Below are positions 36,992 to 47,878 of a DNA stretch of 55,093 bases, one piece after another. The notes beneath the pieces are model-generated. The model made no database searches. It worked only from the letters and a program-made list of their open reading frames with translations, and was not told the origin of the DNA. Numbering within the stretch: the stretch's first letter is position 1; each line of letters starts with the position of its first letter. The stretch is taken from the NCBI GenBank assembly GCA_002897915.1, contig BDTS01000098.1, positions 1-55,093 of the forward strand, in the 5' to 3' direction. This stretch comes from a bacterium BMS3Bbin09. GTDB lineage: Bacteria; Nitrospirota; Thermodesulfovibrionia; UBA6902. The position numbers and the translations under genes are program-made.

Positions 36992-37372
36992 TTAATCTCC
37001 GAAAATGTCCTCGATAGTTTTCTTCTTCTCTGTCCCGCTCTTTTCGCTAAGATAGACCTTGAGATCTTTCTCGAGTTCAGTTATGTCTTCAGGCATAGTT
37101 TCCTTCTGCTGGGCCTCATCCATTACACGTTTGTGTACCATTTCCTTGGCATCTTCACGGGCTTTTACTGCCGCGTTTCCGCTAAGAACAATCACTGCGC
37201 CTGACACCACTTCTTCAATCGCGAGTGTAGTGATCTTCTTGGCCTTTGATGCCTTGGCAGGAAGCGCGCCCATAGAAAGGGCCTTTGCCCTCATCACAGA
37301 AGCCATTACTAACCTGTAGGTTCCTTCAATTTCCTCGTTGTCATGCTTGATAGGCAATGAAATAATATCCAC
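36992..37372 (-). CDS. rpoZ: RNA polymerase omega subunit (long form)
   Basis: YRLVMASVMRAKAL omega core motif and conserved gmk-rpoZ adjacency. The C-terminal acidic extension makes it longer than typical. Confidence 0.65.
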   Translation of the reverse strand: MDIISLPIKHDNEEIEGTYRLVMASVMRAKALSMGALPAKASKAKKITTLAIEEVVSGAVIVLSGNAAVKAREDAKEMVHKRVMDEAQQKETMPEDITELEKDLKVYLSEKSGTEKKKTIEDIFGD

Positions 37373-37388
37373 TATGTTTACCTCACTT

Positions 37389-38027
37389 TTATTTTAAAAG
37401 TTTATTGATCAACTTCTGATCAGTATTTGCTATTCTTGTTTTAGTTGCCAGGATTATACTTTCCAGTTCCTGACATGAATATTTTAGTATATCATTTATG
37501 ATGATATAATCATACTTTCCATAAAATGAGATCTCTTCTCTGGCGCTTTCAAGACGCTTTTTAACTATGTCAGCTGTTTCTGTTTTGCGGCTGATAAGCC
37601 GATCCTTCAGGGTCTGCATTGACGGCGGAAGAATAAAGACATAAACAGCGTTATCATAAGTATTTTTCAACTGCATCGCACCACGCGTATCAATGTCGAG
37701 TATTATATCATAACCGGCCTTATTTAATTGTTTGAGCCTTTTCACCGCAGTGCCGTAGAAATTGCCGTATACCATTGCCCATTCAGCAAATTCTCCCCTG
37801 TCTATCATCTTCTTAAACTTTTCTTTTGTTACAAATGTATAGTCGATCCCGCTCTTTTCACCTTTTCTGGGAGGCCGTGTCGTATAGGATACTGAAAGCT
37901 TAAGTGTATCGTGCTTCTTCAGCAGCTTCCGGCAGATAGTTGTCTTGCCAGTACCGGACGGGGCCGAGATCACAAACAGGGTCCCTTCCCGCTTTAACGA
38001 TATTTCCTTTTGCTTGCTTTTTGCCAT
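37389..38027 (-). CDS. gmk: Guanylate kinase
   Basis: ISAPSGTGKTT P-loop, SVSYTTRPPRKGE, EWAMVYGNFYGT. Confidence 0.9.
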   Translation of the reverse strand: MAKSKQKEISLKREGTLFVISAPSGTGKTTICRKLLKKHDTLKLSVSYTTRPPRKGEKSGIDYTFVTKEKFKKMIDRGEFAEWAMVYGNFYGTAVKRLKQLNKAGYDIILDIDTRGAMQLKNTYDNAVYVFILPPSMQTLKDRLISRKTETADIVKKRLESAREEISFYGKYDYIIINDILKYSCQELESIILATKTRIANTDQKLINKLLK

Positions 38028-38031
38028 ATGA

Positions 38032-38289
38032 TTAATCCGTCAAGAACCGCTGTGTGATCGTTTCTACCTGTAGGGCCGATAATATTACGTGGTCGCTGTC
38101 AGTTATAATTATTGCCCTTGTCTTCCGGCCCTGGGTCGCGTCAATCAATTTTCCTCTTTCACTGGCTTCATCACGAAGCCTTTTTGTCGGAGAAGAGCCG
38201 GGTGATACGATGGCAATGACACGCGACGCGGAAACGATATTTCCAAACCCTATGTTAATGATTATTGAGCCTTTGGATGATTTTTTCAT
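38032..38289 (-). CDS. remA: DUF370 / RemA-family regulator
   Basis: [26 protein letters not shown]...[18 protein letters not shown] matches the RemA/YlzA family. Confidence 0.8.
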   Translation of the reverse strand: MKKSSKGSIIINIGFGNIVSASRVIAIVSPGSSPTKRLRDEASERGKLIDATQGRKTRAIIITDSDHVILSALQVETITQRFLTD

Positions 38290-38325
38290 AAGCGTTACCT
38301 CAAGGTAGATACTTCATAATATATA

Positions 38326-39210
38326 TTACTGCAGGTTCTGTACCTGCTCCTTGATCTTTTCAAGGTCATGCTTCATTTCAACAACAGACGTCGTGATCTC
38401 AACATCCTGTGTCTTGGAACCGATCGTGTTCACTTCCCTGCGCAGTTCCTGAATAAAAAAATCTATCTTTTTGCCGATCGTATCTCCGGATCCCAATATA
38501 TCCGCGAATAAGCCTATGTGGCTCTTTATCCTCACTATCTCCTCGGTAATATCTGACCTTTCAACAAGGATAGCGGTCTCTTGTATCAGACGTGTCTCAT
38601 CAACCTCGACACCGTCAAGCAGTTCTTTCAATCTGTCTTTCAGTTTCTGATGCGCGGTTAGAGCAAAGCCCGCCCTCTTCTCTTCGATCTTCCTTGTGTA
38701 GTTCTCAAGTGACCGGACCCTTTCTTTGATATCAGCGATAAGGTTTTCAGCCTCTTCAACGCGCGTTTTCTTTAGCTCATCCAGTGCGCCATTAAGGGCA
38801 TTATAAAAATCATCATTATTGATCTCAGGGTCATCCATAAGGAAGATATCCTTGTGGGATGCTATCATGCTGATGCCGGGATCGTCAGAAAGCGAAAGCT
38901 CATCTTTCAGGGAAACGAGCGCATTATAGTATTCCCTGGCAAGGGTTTTATTCACTTTCAATTTCACACTATCCATTTCCTGTCTCGGCACAAATATCTC
39001 TATCCGGCCGCGGGTAAACTTCTTTTTTACTGTTTTTCTGATCTCGGGATCTAATGAAAAAAGAAAGTAAGGGACATTGATATTGATATCGAGGTTCTTA
39101 TGATTCGAGGAGCGGATCTCTACCCGGAAATTTCCGGCAGTTCCTTTTCCATAGCCTGTCATTGATTGAGGATGCATATCAGTGTAATTTAATATTCTGA
39201 AAGAAGACAT
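38326..39210 (-). CDS. yicC: YicC/YloC family protein
   Basis: MTGYGK N-terminus, SSNHKNLDI, C-terminal QELRREVNTIGSK and EQVQNLQ. Confidence 0.85.
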   Translation of the reverse strand: MSSFRILNYTDMHPQSMTGYGKGTAGNFRVEIRSSNHKNLDININVPYFLFSLDPEIRKTVKKKFTRGRIEIFVPRQEMDSVKLKVNKTLAREYYNALVSLKDELSLSDDPGISMIASHKDIFLMDDPEINNDDFYNALNGALDELKKTRVEEAENLIADIKERVRSLENYTRKIEEKRAGFALTAHQKLKDRLKELLDGVEVDETRLIQETAILVERSDITEEIVRIKSHIGLFADILGSGDTIGKKIDFFIQELRREVNTIGSKTQDVEITTSVVEMKHDLEKIKEQVQNLQ

Positions 39211-39236
39211 AACTGCCTGATCCTGCTTGTTACAAA

Positions 39237-41678
39237 TTAATTGCTTGAGACAAGGGCTTCAACTTCACTTTCGGTGAATTTGATCTCATTGTTTACGAGG
39301 GTTACCCTGGCCTTTTTGACTTCCTTGAACTCGCCCCTCAGGATCGCTTCAGAAAGCGGATCTTCTATATATTTCTGAATTGCCCTTCTCATCGGTCTTG
39401 CACCATATGAAGGCTGATAATTATTCTCGATCAGCCAGTCAATGACTTCTTCTGAAAGCTCGATCGCAAGGTCCTTGTCGAGCATCTGCTTGTTAAGCTC
39501 ATCCACGAGCAGGTTGACGATATTGACAAGATGCTGTTTATCAAGCTGATGGAAGACGACTGTTTCATCTATACGGTTCAGGAACTCGGGATTGAATGCC
39601 TTTTTCAGTTCGCCGAGTACAGAATCCTTGATCTTATTATATGCGGTTTCCTTCGTGGCCTTCTGGAAACCGAGCGGTGTCGAGTTGTCAATTTGTTTTG
39701 TCCCGATGTTGGAAGTCATTATGATCACGGTATTTCTGAAATCAACCTTTCTTCCAAGATTGTCGGTGATCACACCTTCATCAAGCACCTGCAGCAACAC
39801 ATTGAATACATCAGGATGCGCCTTTTCGATCTCATCAAAGAGAACGACTGAATAAGGTCTCCTCCGGACAAGCTCGGTCAACTGGCCGCCCTCTTCATAA
39901 CCAACGTATCCGGGAGGCGCACCAGTCATTCTGGAGACATTGAACTTCTCCATGTATTCGGACATATCTATTTTAATCAGCGCTTTTTCGTCATTGAACA
40001 GGAATTGGGTCAGGGCCTTCGCAAGTTCAGTCTTTCCAACACCTGTGGGCCCGAGGAAGAAGAAGGACCCTATCGGCCTGGTTCTTGCCTTCAATCCGGC
40101 ACGTGACCTTCTGATGGCCTTTGATATGGCGTTTACAGCTTCATCCTGCGCGATGATCCTCATATGGAGTTCGTCTTCCATGCGGAGGAGCTTTTCAGAC
40201 TCTTTCTCTTCAAGTTTCGAAAGAGGAATTCCGGTCATCTTTGAAACAGTGTATGAAATATCATCTTCAAGCACAAGAGGCGTCTCGTTCTGCTGGTTCT
40301 CGCGCCATTTTTTATTTAAATTGTCATAGAGCTTCTTTACTCTGTCCGCCTCATTTTTTACAGCGGCACCTTTTTCGAAATCATGTAACTTCACATAAAG
40401 GTTCTTTTCCTTGTTGAGACGCTTCATTTCTTTTTCGAGATCCCTGATCTCAGGAGGCATAGTGAAACGTTTTAGTTTTATCCTGGCACCCGTCTCATCC
40501 ATAACATCGATCGCTTTGTCAGGAAGATACCTTTCAGAAACATATCTGTCCGAAAGATTAACACAGGCCTTGAGCGCTTCATCGCTCACCTTGACCTTGT
40601 GATGCACTTCATATCTTGTCTTTAGTCCTTGAAGTATCGCTATGCTTTCGTCAACCGAAGGCGGTTGGAGATAGATAGGCTGAAACCGCCGTTCGAATGC
40701 TCCGTCCTTCTCGATATGCTTTCTGAATTCATCAGGAGTAGTAGCGCCTATGCACTGTATCTCCCCTCTTGAAAGCGCGGGCTTAAGCATGTTAGAGGCA
40801 TCGATCGATCCTTCCGCAGCTCCTGCTCCAACTAGTGTATGCAGTTCATCTATAAAAAGGATCACGTTTTCGTTCTGGACGATCTCCTTCATGACAAGCT
40901 TAAGTCTTTCCTCGAACTGTCCCCTGTATTTAGTGCCGGCAATAAGGGCGCCAAGGTCAAGACTTATAATTTTTTTATTTATAAGGCTTTCAGGTATGTC
41001 TTCGGCAATGATCTTCTGTGCCAGTCCTTCAACTATGGCTGTCTTGCCGACACCTGATTCTCCTATTAAGACCGGATTGTTCTTTACTCTTCTCCCGAGG
41101 ATCTGGAGCACCCTCTCGATCTCGTCCTCTCTTCCAACAACAGGATCAAGCTTTCCTTCTTTTGCCAGCTCTGTTATATCTCGGCCGTATTCGTCAAGAG
41201 CGGGTGTATGAGAGGTCTTGTCCTTGACCCCTGTTTGTGCCTTGCGCATTGAAAGATTTATCGCAAGCTGCCGCACGCCAAGCAGGTTGGCCCCGAGGCT
41301 CCTGAGTATCTTGCCGGCTATACCGGCATCCTCTCTGATCAGACCGATAAGGAGGTGCTCGCTTCCGATGTAGCTGTGACCGAGCAGCCTTGCCTCTTCA
41401 ACCGCCAATTCAAGCACTTTTTTGGCCCTGGGGGTAAAAGGTATGTCACCAAAGGTCAGGATATTAGATCCCGTTGGGAGGTTTCTTTCGACCTCAAGTC
41501 TTAGTTCTTCAGCGGAAAGCCCCATTTTTTTGAGGATAACCATCGGCAGACTCTCTTCTTCTCTTAAAAGCCCCAAGAGTAAATGTTCTGTTCCGAGATA
41601 ATCATTCTGCCTTTTTTCAGCTTCTTCACGCGCATATATTATTACTTTTCTGCCTCTTTCAGTAAATTTCTCGAACAT
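39237..41678 (-). CDS. clpC: ATP-dependent Clp protease ATP-binding subunit ClpC
   Basis: Double Clp_N repeats, two AAA+ modules ([16 protein letters not shown]), short middle domain, 813 aa. Confidence 0.9.
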   Translation of the reverse strand: MFEKFTERGRKVIIYAREEAEKRQNDYLGTEHLLLGLLREEESLPMVILKKMGLSAEELRLEVERNLPTGSNILTFGDIPFTPRAKKVLELAVEEARLLGHSYIGSEHLLIGLIREDAGIAGKILRSLGANLLGVRQLAINLSMRKAQTGVKDKTSHTPALDEYGRDITELAKEGKLDPVVGREDEIERVLQILGRRVKNNPVLIGESGVGKTAIVEGLAQKIIAEDIPESLINKKIISLDLGALIAGTKYRGQFEERLKLVMKEIVQNENVILFIDELHTLVGAGAAEGSIDASNMLKPALSRGEIQCIGATTPDEFRKHIEKDGAFERRFQPIYLQPPSVDESIAILQGLKTRYEVHHKVKVSDEALKACVNLSDRYVSERYLPDKAIDVMDETGARIKLKRFTMPPEIRDLEKEMKRLNKEKNLYVKLHDFEKGAAVKNEADRVKKLYDNLNKKWRENQQNETPLVLEDDISYTVSKMTGIPLSKLEEKESEKLLRMEDELHMRIIAQDEAVNAISKAIRRSRAGLKARTRPIGSFFFLGPTGVGKTELAKALTQFLFNDEKALIKIDMSEYMEKFNVSRMTGAPPGYVGYEEGGQLTELVRRRPYSVVLFDEIEKAHPDVFNVLLQVLDEGVITDNLGRKVDFRNTVIIMTSNIGTKQIDNSTPLGFQKATKETAYNKIKDSVLGELKKAFNPEFLNRIDETVVFHQLDKQHLVNIVNLLVDELNKQMLDKDLAIELSEEVIDWLIENNYQPSYGARPMRRAIQKYIEDPLSEAILRGEFKEVKKARVTLVNNEIKFTESEVEALVSSN

Positions 41679-41695
41679 GATTTTCTCCTTAGATT

Positions 41696-41724
41696 AATAT
41701 ATCTATTCCTCTGTTTATTGTCAA
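41696..41724 (-). promoter_or_regulatory. Candidate clpC promoter TTGACA-N17-TATATT
   Basis: Minus strand: TTGACA (41719-41724), a 17-nt spacer, then TATATT (41696-41701). A short leader with AAGGAG precedes the ATG at 41678. Confidence 0.45.
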
Positions 41725-41854
41725 GGCAACACAGATTCATGCATTGTTAACTATAGGTATTTAATCGGGAAATATGACTCAAGACTTAAACTGTCTGATT
41801 TAGGTGCTCATTTATAAGCATTATGGCGAAGCAATAGAGGGGGAATATCAACAA

Positions 41855-42313
41855 TCAATCTTTGTTATAAGCGATATCTTTGATCTCCTGAATAAACTCG
41901 TTGATATCCTTGAATTGTCTGTATACAGACGCGAATCTTACGTAAGCAATTTCATCGATCTCCTTGAGACTGTTCATTATTTCCTCTCCGATAAAAGAAC
42001 TGGAGACCTCTTTATCATTGATGGACTGGAGGGTCTTTTCTATCTTCTTGACGAGCTCTTCCCTTGCCTCGACACTTATCGGCCTTTTTTCGCATGCCTT
42101 TTCGAGTCCATTAAGGATCTTTTTCCTGTCAAATGCTTCTCTCCGATTGTCTTTCTTGACCACGTGGGGAAGGATATCTTCTATCCTCTCATAACTGGTA
42201 AAACGGCCTTCACACTTCAGGCATTCACGGCGGCGGCGAATGACATCACCATCCTTGCTCTGTCTGGAATCGATTACTTTATCGTCGATATGATTACAAA
42301 ATGGACAACGCAT
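41855..42313 (-). CDS. nrdR: Transcriptional repressor NrdR
   Basis: MRCPFCNHIDDKVIDSR...CLKCEGRFTSYE zinc ribbon plus ATP-cone. Confidence 0.95.
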   Translation of the reverse strand: MRCPFCNHIDDKVIDSRQSKDGDVIRRRRECLKCEGRFTSYERIEDILPHVVKKDNRREAFDRKKILNGLEKACEKRPISVEAREELVKKIEKTLQSINDKEVSSSFIGEEIMNSLKEIDEIAYVRFASVYRQFKDINEFIQEIKDIAYNKD

Positions 42314-42342
42314 TCAGACGACTCCTTTATTATGGTTCGGTT

Positions 42343-43593
42343 CTAAATCTCCAGGTCAGTGTAAACCGGGAATTTTTTGCAAAGCGCCTTAACCTTACTC
42401 CTTACATTCGTGATATTATTCTCGCTATCAGGGTCCTTCAATACCTTCACGATAAGATCAGCTATCTCTACCATCTCAGGCTCTTTCATTTTACGGCTGG
42501 TAACTATAGGTGTCCCGACCCTTATGCCGCTTGTGATCATTGCGGGCTGCTTGTCATATGGTATCGCATTCTTGTTCAAAGTGATACCAGCCTTGTCAAG
42601 CGCTGTCTCGGCGGCCTTGCCGGTTATATTCATCTTTTTAAGGTCAATGAGCATCAGATGCGTATCGGTCCCGCCGGATATTACCTTCAGACCGCTCTTA
42701 ATGAGGGCCCCGGAAAGCTCCTTGGCATTCTTGATGATCTGAGTCTGGTATTTGTCGAACTCGGGCGACATGGCCTCTTTAAAGGCAACTGCCTTTGCGG
42801 CTATGACATGGATCAGCGGGCCGCCCTGTATGCCCGGGAATATGACCTTGTCTATTGCTTTGGCATGTTCAGCCTTGCACATTATCATGCCGCCGCGCGG
42901 ACCGCGAAGTGTCTTATGCGTAGTAGTTGTAACAAAGTCAGCATGAGGCACAGGTGACGGGTGGTTCCCTGTCGCGATCAGGCCCGCAATATGTGCTATA
43001 TCAGCCATAAGGAATGCCTTGACCTCTTTTGCTATTTCAGATAATGCCTTAAAATCTATTATCCTGGAATAAGCGCTCGCACCGCAAACGATCAGTTTCG
43101 GCTTATCCTTTTTGGCGATCTTCCTCACATTGTCGTAATCGATAAATCCTTTCCGGTTCACTCCATAGAAAGAAGATTTAAATAATTTCCCTGAAAAACT
43201 AACTTTCGCGCCGTGTGTAAGATGCCCGCCGTGGCTCAGGTTCATGCCAAGTATTTTGTCGCCTGGTTTCAGAACGGAAAACAATACGGCCATATTCGCC
43301 TGGCTCCCGGAGTGCGGCTGGACATTCACATGTTCCGCGCCGAATAATGCCTTTGCCCTTTCAATGGCAAGTTTCTCGACAACATCCGCATACTCACAGC
43401 CGCCGTAATATCTCTTATCAGGATAACCTTCCGCGTACTTATTGGTAAATACCGATCCCTGGGCCTCCATCACCGCCCTGGTTGAATAATTCTCCGATGC
43501 GATGAGGACGATCTTTTCCTGCTCGCGTTTGATCTCGTTCAGGATGGCCTCGTACACATCCGGGTCCTGCTTTTTTAGTTCGTTCATGCTCAT
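42343..43593 (-). CDS. glyA: Serine hydroxymethyltransferase
   Basis: [30 protein letters not shown]-lysine motif. Confidence 0.95.
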   Translation of the reverse strand: MSMNELKKQDPDVYEAILNEIKREQEKIVLIASENYSTRAVMEAQGSVFTNKYAEGYPDKRYYGGCEYADVVEKLAIERAKALFGAEHVNVQPHSGSQANMAVLFSVLKPGDKILGMNLSHGGHLTHGAKVSFSGKLFKSSFYGVNRKGFIDYDNVRKIAKKDKPKLIVCGASAYSRIIDFKALSEIAKEVKAFLMADIAHIAGLIATGNHPSPVPHADFVTTTTHKTLRGPRGGMIMCKAEHAKAIDKVIFPGIQGGPLIHVIAAKAVAFKEAMSPEFDKYQTQIIKNAKELSGALIKSGLKVISGGTDTHLMLIDLKKMNITGKAAETALDKAGITLNKNAIPYDKQPAMITSGIRVGTPIVTSRKMKEPEMVEIADLIVKVLKDPDSENNITNVRSKVKALCKKFPVYTDLEI

Positions 43594-44042
43594 TTTAATT
43601 TCAATTTCTTCTCAATTGCTGTGATCTTATCAAGTCTTTTCTGATGGCGTCCGCCTTCAAAGTCGGTAGTAAACCATGTCTTCACTATATCGATCGCTGT
43701 CCCGATCTCAATGACCCTTCCGGGCAATACAAGCATGTTTGCATTATTGTGCAGTCTGCTCATCTTGGCGGAATAATCCTCCTGGCACAAAGCGGCCCTC
43801 ACTCCGGGGAACTTGTTGGCCACAATAGACATGCCGATACCTGTCCCGCAGATAAGTATCCCCCTGTCAACCTTGCCAGTTGATACAGCACTTGATACCT
43901 TTTCGCCGAAGTCCGGGTAATCAACCGATTCCTCGTCTTTGGTACCAAAGTCTTCCCATTCAATTTTCAGACCGTCAAGAACGGGGATGATCTCATTCTT
44001 CATAGCAACACCTGCATGATCACATCCAATAGCAATTTTCAT
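43590..44042 (-). CDS. rpiB: Ribose-5-phosphate isomerase B
   Basis: [31 protein letters not shown]. Confidence 0.9.
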   Translation of the reverse strand: MKIAIGCDHAGVAMKNEIIPVLDGLKIEWEDFGTKDEESVDYPDFGEKVSSAVSTGKVDRGILICGTGIGMSIVANKFPGVRAALCQEDYSAKMSRLHNNANMLVLPGRVIEIGTAIDIVKTWFTTDFEGGRHQKRLDKITAIEKKLKLK

Positions 44043-44231
44043 CTGATACTCCTCTGGACGGAACCGCCCAAGCTGTGTTTAATAAAGCGAAAATTATAAA
44101 TAGTTTGAAAAGTAGATTATATTATCAGCCCTACAAATGTAAGTCAAGAATTCAGTTAGCCAGACAGCTAATTTTCTATCTGTCACTCGAAAAGGTACTG
44201 AAATCTAAGGAGATTTTGTTATAATGCCATT

Positions 44232-44816
44232 ATGCCAACAATAGGACTCACAGGTAATTTCGGGATGGGTAAGAGCGCTGTTCTCAAGATGTTCGGCAAA
44301 ATGGGGGCCTTCACTTACGACATCGACAGCTTTGTCCATTCCATTCTTAAAAGGCCCGCGATAATTAAAAGTATAGTCAATGCCCTTGGGAAGAGTGTTA
44401 TTTCAAAGCGCTCTTTGAACAAAAAACGTATGGCAGGGCTGATCTTCAATGACCCTGAAAAAAGAAGGGCCTTGGAAAAAATTATACATCCCGAGGTCCT
44501 GAAATTATTGAAGCAGGCTGAAGCGAAGATATTGAAAAAAGATCCTAAGGCCATTATCGTCTTTGAGGTCCCCTTACTCTTCGAAGCAGGATACGAAAAA
44601 CATTTTGATAAAACAGTGGTTGTTTACACCAACAGGAAAAATGCGATCAAAAGACTTGTTCGAAAGGGTATCTCAAAGAATGAATCTTTTAGCAGGATGC
44701 GCGCCCAGATGCCGATCAGCATCAAATTGAAACGGTCCGACTATTCGATCAATAATAACTACAGCCTTAAGAGAACTGAAAAAAGGGTGAAGCGTATCTT
44801 GTTTGATCTAAAATAA
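44232..44816 (+). CDS. coaE: Dephospho-CoA kinase
   Basis: IGLTGNFGMGKS P-loop, VPLLFEAG. Confidence 0.9.
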   Translation: MPTIGLTGNFGMGKSAVLKMFGKMGAFTYDIDSFVHSILKRPAIIKSIVNALGKSVISKRSLNKKRMAGLIFNDPEKRRALEKIIHPEVLKLLKQAEAKILKKDPKAIIVFEVPLLFEAGYEKHFDKTVVVYTNRKNAIKRLVRKGISKNESFSRMRAQMPISIKLKRSDYSINNNYSLKRTEKRVKRILFDLK

Positions 44817-47195
44817 AACTATTGTTACGGCCTCTCCGCCCTCTTCTTGATTACCTTTTCTTGCTTCTCTTACGAGTGGATGGTCCTTTAAAAAATCTCG
44901 TATCGCGGCTGCCAGCCTGCCGGTCCCTATCCCGTGAATTATCTTTACATGACCAAGGCCGGACATGCAGACGTCATTTAAATAACGTTCGATGACAGAG
45001 ATCGTCGGATCGATCCTCTTTCCTATAACATTCAGTTCAGGCGGAACTTCCATGTCTACATGTCCGGTATCAACACTATATGATCGTTCGGCCTTATCTT
45101 TTTTTAGCCTGCCCTCTCCTTTCAGCGGCTCGGAGAGATCTGCAAAGGAGATCATTATCTCTTTGCCATCTGCATCAACCTTGCATTTCTTTGCCCTGTT
45201 GTCAATGAAACTTACCGTTCCGTGAGTTCCGAGCGCGGCAACATAGACCCGTTCCCCGGTTATGATCTCTTTGAGGGCAATGACCTTTTCAGGGGTATGC
45301 GCAACAAGATCCCTTTTAATTTCTTTATGCTTTTTATCAAGGTCCTTTATAACTGCGGCTGTTTCAGGCAACTTTGCCTTCTTCATTTTCTTTATGAGAT
45401 CATGCGCCTCTATCTTTGTCTTTCTCAGCACCTCTTCAGCATCTGCAAGTGCCCTTGCCATAACATCCTGTTGCTTTGATCTGAGGTTCGAAAGCTCTTC
45501 CTTCAGGCGCTGCTTTTCCTGTTCAGCATCTTGTCTGAGATCTTCAGCTTCCTTAAGTCTGTCAACGATCTCCGCTTTTTGGTGTTTGAGGTCTCTTATA
45601 AGAGACTCTATCCTGGCGCCCTCTCCTGTCAGGCTTCCCCTTGCCTCGTTAATGATATCTTTATCCAGCCCGAGTGATTCTGCTATCTCAAAGGCATGAG
45701 AGGTTCCGGGCTCCCCGATGACGAGTTTGTAGGTTGGTTTAATACTCGATATCCCGTTAAGGGTGATCTCTTTCATTTCCATGGAGCTGTTGATAAGGCC
45801 CGGCTCTGAATGCGCAAATGCCTTTAGCGTTCCGAGATGAGTTGATACAACCGTGAGCGCACCCTTTTCCTGTAATCTGCGAAGGATCGCGCAAGAGAGT
45901 GCGCCGCCCTGATCAGGATCAGTGCCTGTGCCGAGTTCATCTATCAGGACAAGTGAACCCTTCTTGCTCTGCCTGAGTATTTCGGAGATCCTGGTTATAT
46001 GCGCTGAAAATGTCGATAGGTTATTTTCAATGGATTGCTCATCGCCTATATCAGCGAATATATTCTCAAGCATGGGCACAGTCGTGCCGGAACCTGCGGG
46101 TACATGCATTCCCGAAAGCGCCATGAGATTGATCGCGCCGATCGTCTTGAGAGCAACTGTCTTGCCCCCTGCGTTCAAGCCGGTAATTACTATCGAAGAA
46201 TTTCCACTGCCCATCTCTATATCGAGAGGGACAAGCTCCTCCTCCCTTTTTTCCCTGCCGAGCGTCTTCCAGAGAACCGGGTGACGTCCATTACATATCT
46301 TCAGGCAGCCCTTTGAATTGATCTCAGGAGAAGACATCTTCATCTGTTCAGAAAAACGAGCGATGGCCCATAACACGTCTATCTCCACGACCTTATAATA
46401 GTCATCACCTATCCCGGAACGTTCCTCCCTCAAAAGCGATGTGATCGCCCTGAGTATCCTGTACTCCTCAAGCTTCTCTTCCACCCGCAATGACTCAAGC
46501 TCATTCCCGAGGTGCTGAATAGAATAAGGTTCGATATAAGCTGTTTCACCGGTATTTGAAATATCATGCAGGACACCGGGGACACTGCCTTTAAAATCTA
46601 TCTTCACCGGTATCACAAGTCTGTTATTGCGCTCTGCCACAAAAAAATCCTGAAGGTGCGGCGTCACCTCTTTCTCCTTCAGTATCCCGTCGAGCATCAC
46701 CTTTATATTATTCTCACCTGAACTGATTCCCCGGCGTATAACAGCAAGCTTCTTTGATGCTGTATCACGTACCCTGCCCTCATTGTTTATCGATCGTTCT
46801 ATTGTTTTTTTGATCTCTGGGTGTGTCGTTATATCAGAGATAATATTTGAGAGGCCGGAACATAACGGATCATTTTCAAAGCCCTTCAGGTTGAGCGCGG
46901 AATCAAAGAGTGGTAGAAATGACCTGAGCTGGAACGCGTCGAGCACAACGTCTTCGGGCTTTATTCTCTGCAAAAGAAGTGTCAGCTCATCAAAATGCTC
47001 TATGCCCGATAAACGCCCTTCAGACAATAGCGTTCTACATTCCGATATGAGAGAACTCTTCAGCGCGATCTCTTCCGGGTTCCTCAGAGGCGCTGTATTA
47101 ATGACCTTTTCCCTGCCCGGTGCCGTGACCGCAAATGTCCCGGCCATTTCGACTATCTTGTTGAATTCAAGGATCTGTAGAGTATGTTTATCCAT
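44808..47195 (-). CDS. mutS2: Endonuclease MutS2 (MutS ATPase domain plus C-terminal Smr domain)
   Basis: ITGLNAGGKT Walker A, DELGTGTDP, Smr C-terminus IIHGIGTGRL. The MDKHTLQILEFNKI start is typical of MutS2. In-frame alternative starts lie at 47213 and 47249. Confidence 0.85.
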   Translation of the reverse strand: MDKHTLQILEFNKIVEMAGTFAVTAPGREKVINTAPLRNPEEIALKSSLISECRTLLSEGRLSGIEHFDELTLLLQRIKPEDVVLDAFQLRSFLPLFDSALNLKGFENDPLCSGLSNIISDITTHPEIKKTIERSINNEGRVRDTASKKLAVIRRGISSGENNIKVMLDGILKEKEVTPHLQDFFVAERNNRLVIPVKIDFKGSVPGVLHDISNTGETAYIEPYSIQHLGNELESLRVEEKLEEYRILRAITSLLREERSGIGDDYYKVVEIDVLWAIARFSEQMKMSSPEINSKGCLKICNGRHPVLWKTLGREKREEELVPLDIEMGSGNSSIVITGLNAGGKTVALKTIGAINLMALSGMHVPAGSGTTVPMLENIFADIGDEQSIENNLSTFSAHITRISEILRQSKKGSLVLIDELGTGTDPDQGGALSCAILRRLQEKGALTVVSTHLGTLKAFAHSEPGLINSSMEMKEITLNGISSIKPTYKLVIGEPGTSHAFEIAESLGLDKDIINEARGSLTGEGARIESLIRDLKHQKAEIVDRLKEAEDLRQDAEQEKQRLKEELSNLRSKQQDVMARALADAEEVLRKTKIEAHDLIKKMKKAKLPETAAVIKDLDKKHKEIKRDLVAHTPEKVIALKEIITGERVYVAALGTHGTVSFIDNRAKKCKVDADGKEIMISFADLSEPLKGEGRLKKDKAERSYSVDTGHVDMEVPPELNVIGKRIDPTISVIERYLNDVCMSGLGHVKIIHGIGTGRLAAAIRDFLKDHPLVREARKGNQEEGGEAVTIVLF

Positions 47196-47199
47196 AGGA

Positions 47200-47222
47200 T
47201 ATACCAAAGGCATAAGTTTCGT
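47200..47222 (-). repeat. Repeat family copy E (degenerate short form) at the 5' end of mutS2
   Basis: TATACCAaaGGCATAAGTTTCGT compared with copy A TATACCAcgGGCATAAGTTTCGT (21 of 23 identical). Confidence 0.5.
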
Positions 47223-47332
47223 AAGAACAGATGAAAACTCCAATTTCATCTGTTTAACTCAGCTATAAAATCATATCATAAGTCGATGATTTGTGGTGAA
47301 GGGGGAATGAGGATGTACGCTGAAAGACGTAA

Positions 47333-47353
47333 GGGCGTGTTTAAAACACGCCC
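47333..47353. other. GC-rich hairpin GGGCGTGTTT-a-AAACACGCCC in the mutS2/trmL divergent region
   Basis: 10-bp self-complementary arms. No gene ends here, so a terminator role is unlikely. Confidence 0.3.
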
Positions 47354-47419
47354 CAACATTTGTACTTCACTGCAACCGCTGTGATATACTGTTCAGATCG
47401 AATGACCGGAACCGCACCA

Positions 47420-47878
47420 ATGATAAACATAGTAATATATAAACCCGAGATACCGCCTAACACAGGGAACATCGCGCGTCAGTGCGTAGGCCAGGATGCC
47501 TTTCTCCATCTTATAGGACCGATCGGTTTTGATATGAGCGACAGCGCTGTCAAGCGCGCTGGCCTGGATTACTGGGACAGGCTGAAGCTGAAGGTGTATG
47601 AGAATCCAGAAGACTTTCTTGAATGGCTCGGGGACAGGGAACCATGGCTGATCACAAAATTTGGTAAGCTGCGCTTTGATACCCCTGAATACGCGGATGA
47701 GGACATAATTATTTTCGGCAATGAGCTGAAGGGCCTGCCGCAGGAATGGCTCGACCGCTGGCCAGAACGAACAGTTTTCCTGCCAATGCCCGGAGAGATA
47801 AGGAGCTATAATCTGGCGAATAGCGTTGCTATCGTTCTTGCACACGCCAGCCTGAAAGCAGGGATATACGACCAATGA
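47420..47878 (+). CDS. trmL: tRNA (cytidine/uridine-2'-O)-methyltransferase TrmL (SpoU family)
   Basis: MINIVIYKPEIPPNTGNIARQC closely parallels the TrmL N-terminus; C-terminal SYNLANSVAI knot motif. Confidence 0.85.
   Translation: MINIVIYKPEIPPNTGNIARQCVGQDAFLHLIGPIGFDMSDSAVKRAGLDYWDRLKLKVYENPEDFLEWLGDREPWLITKFGKLRFDTPEYADEDIIIFGNELKGLPQEWLDRWPERTVFLPMPGEIRSYNLANSVAIVLAHASLKAGIYDQ

Noticed and set aside
47308-47385. 25-codon ORF (MRMYAERRKGVFKTRPNICTSLQPL) spanning the GC hairpin in the mutS2/trmL intergenic region.
   Set aside because: The SD-like AGGGGG is too close to the ATG, the ORF is very short, and it has no supporting features.
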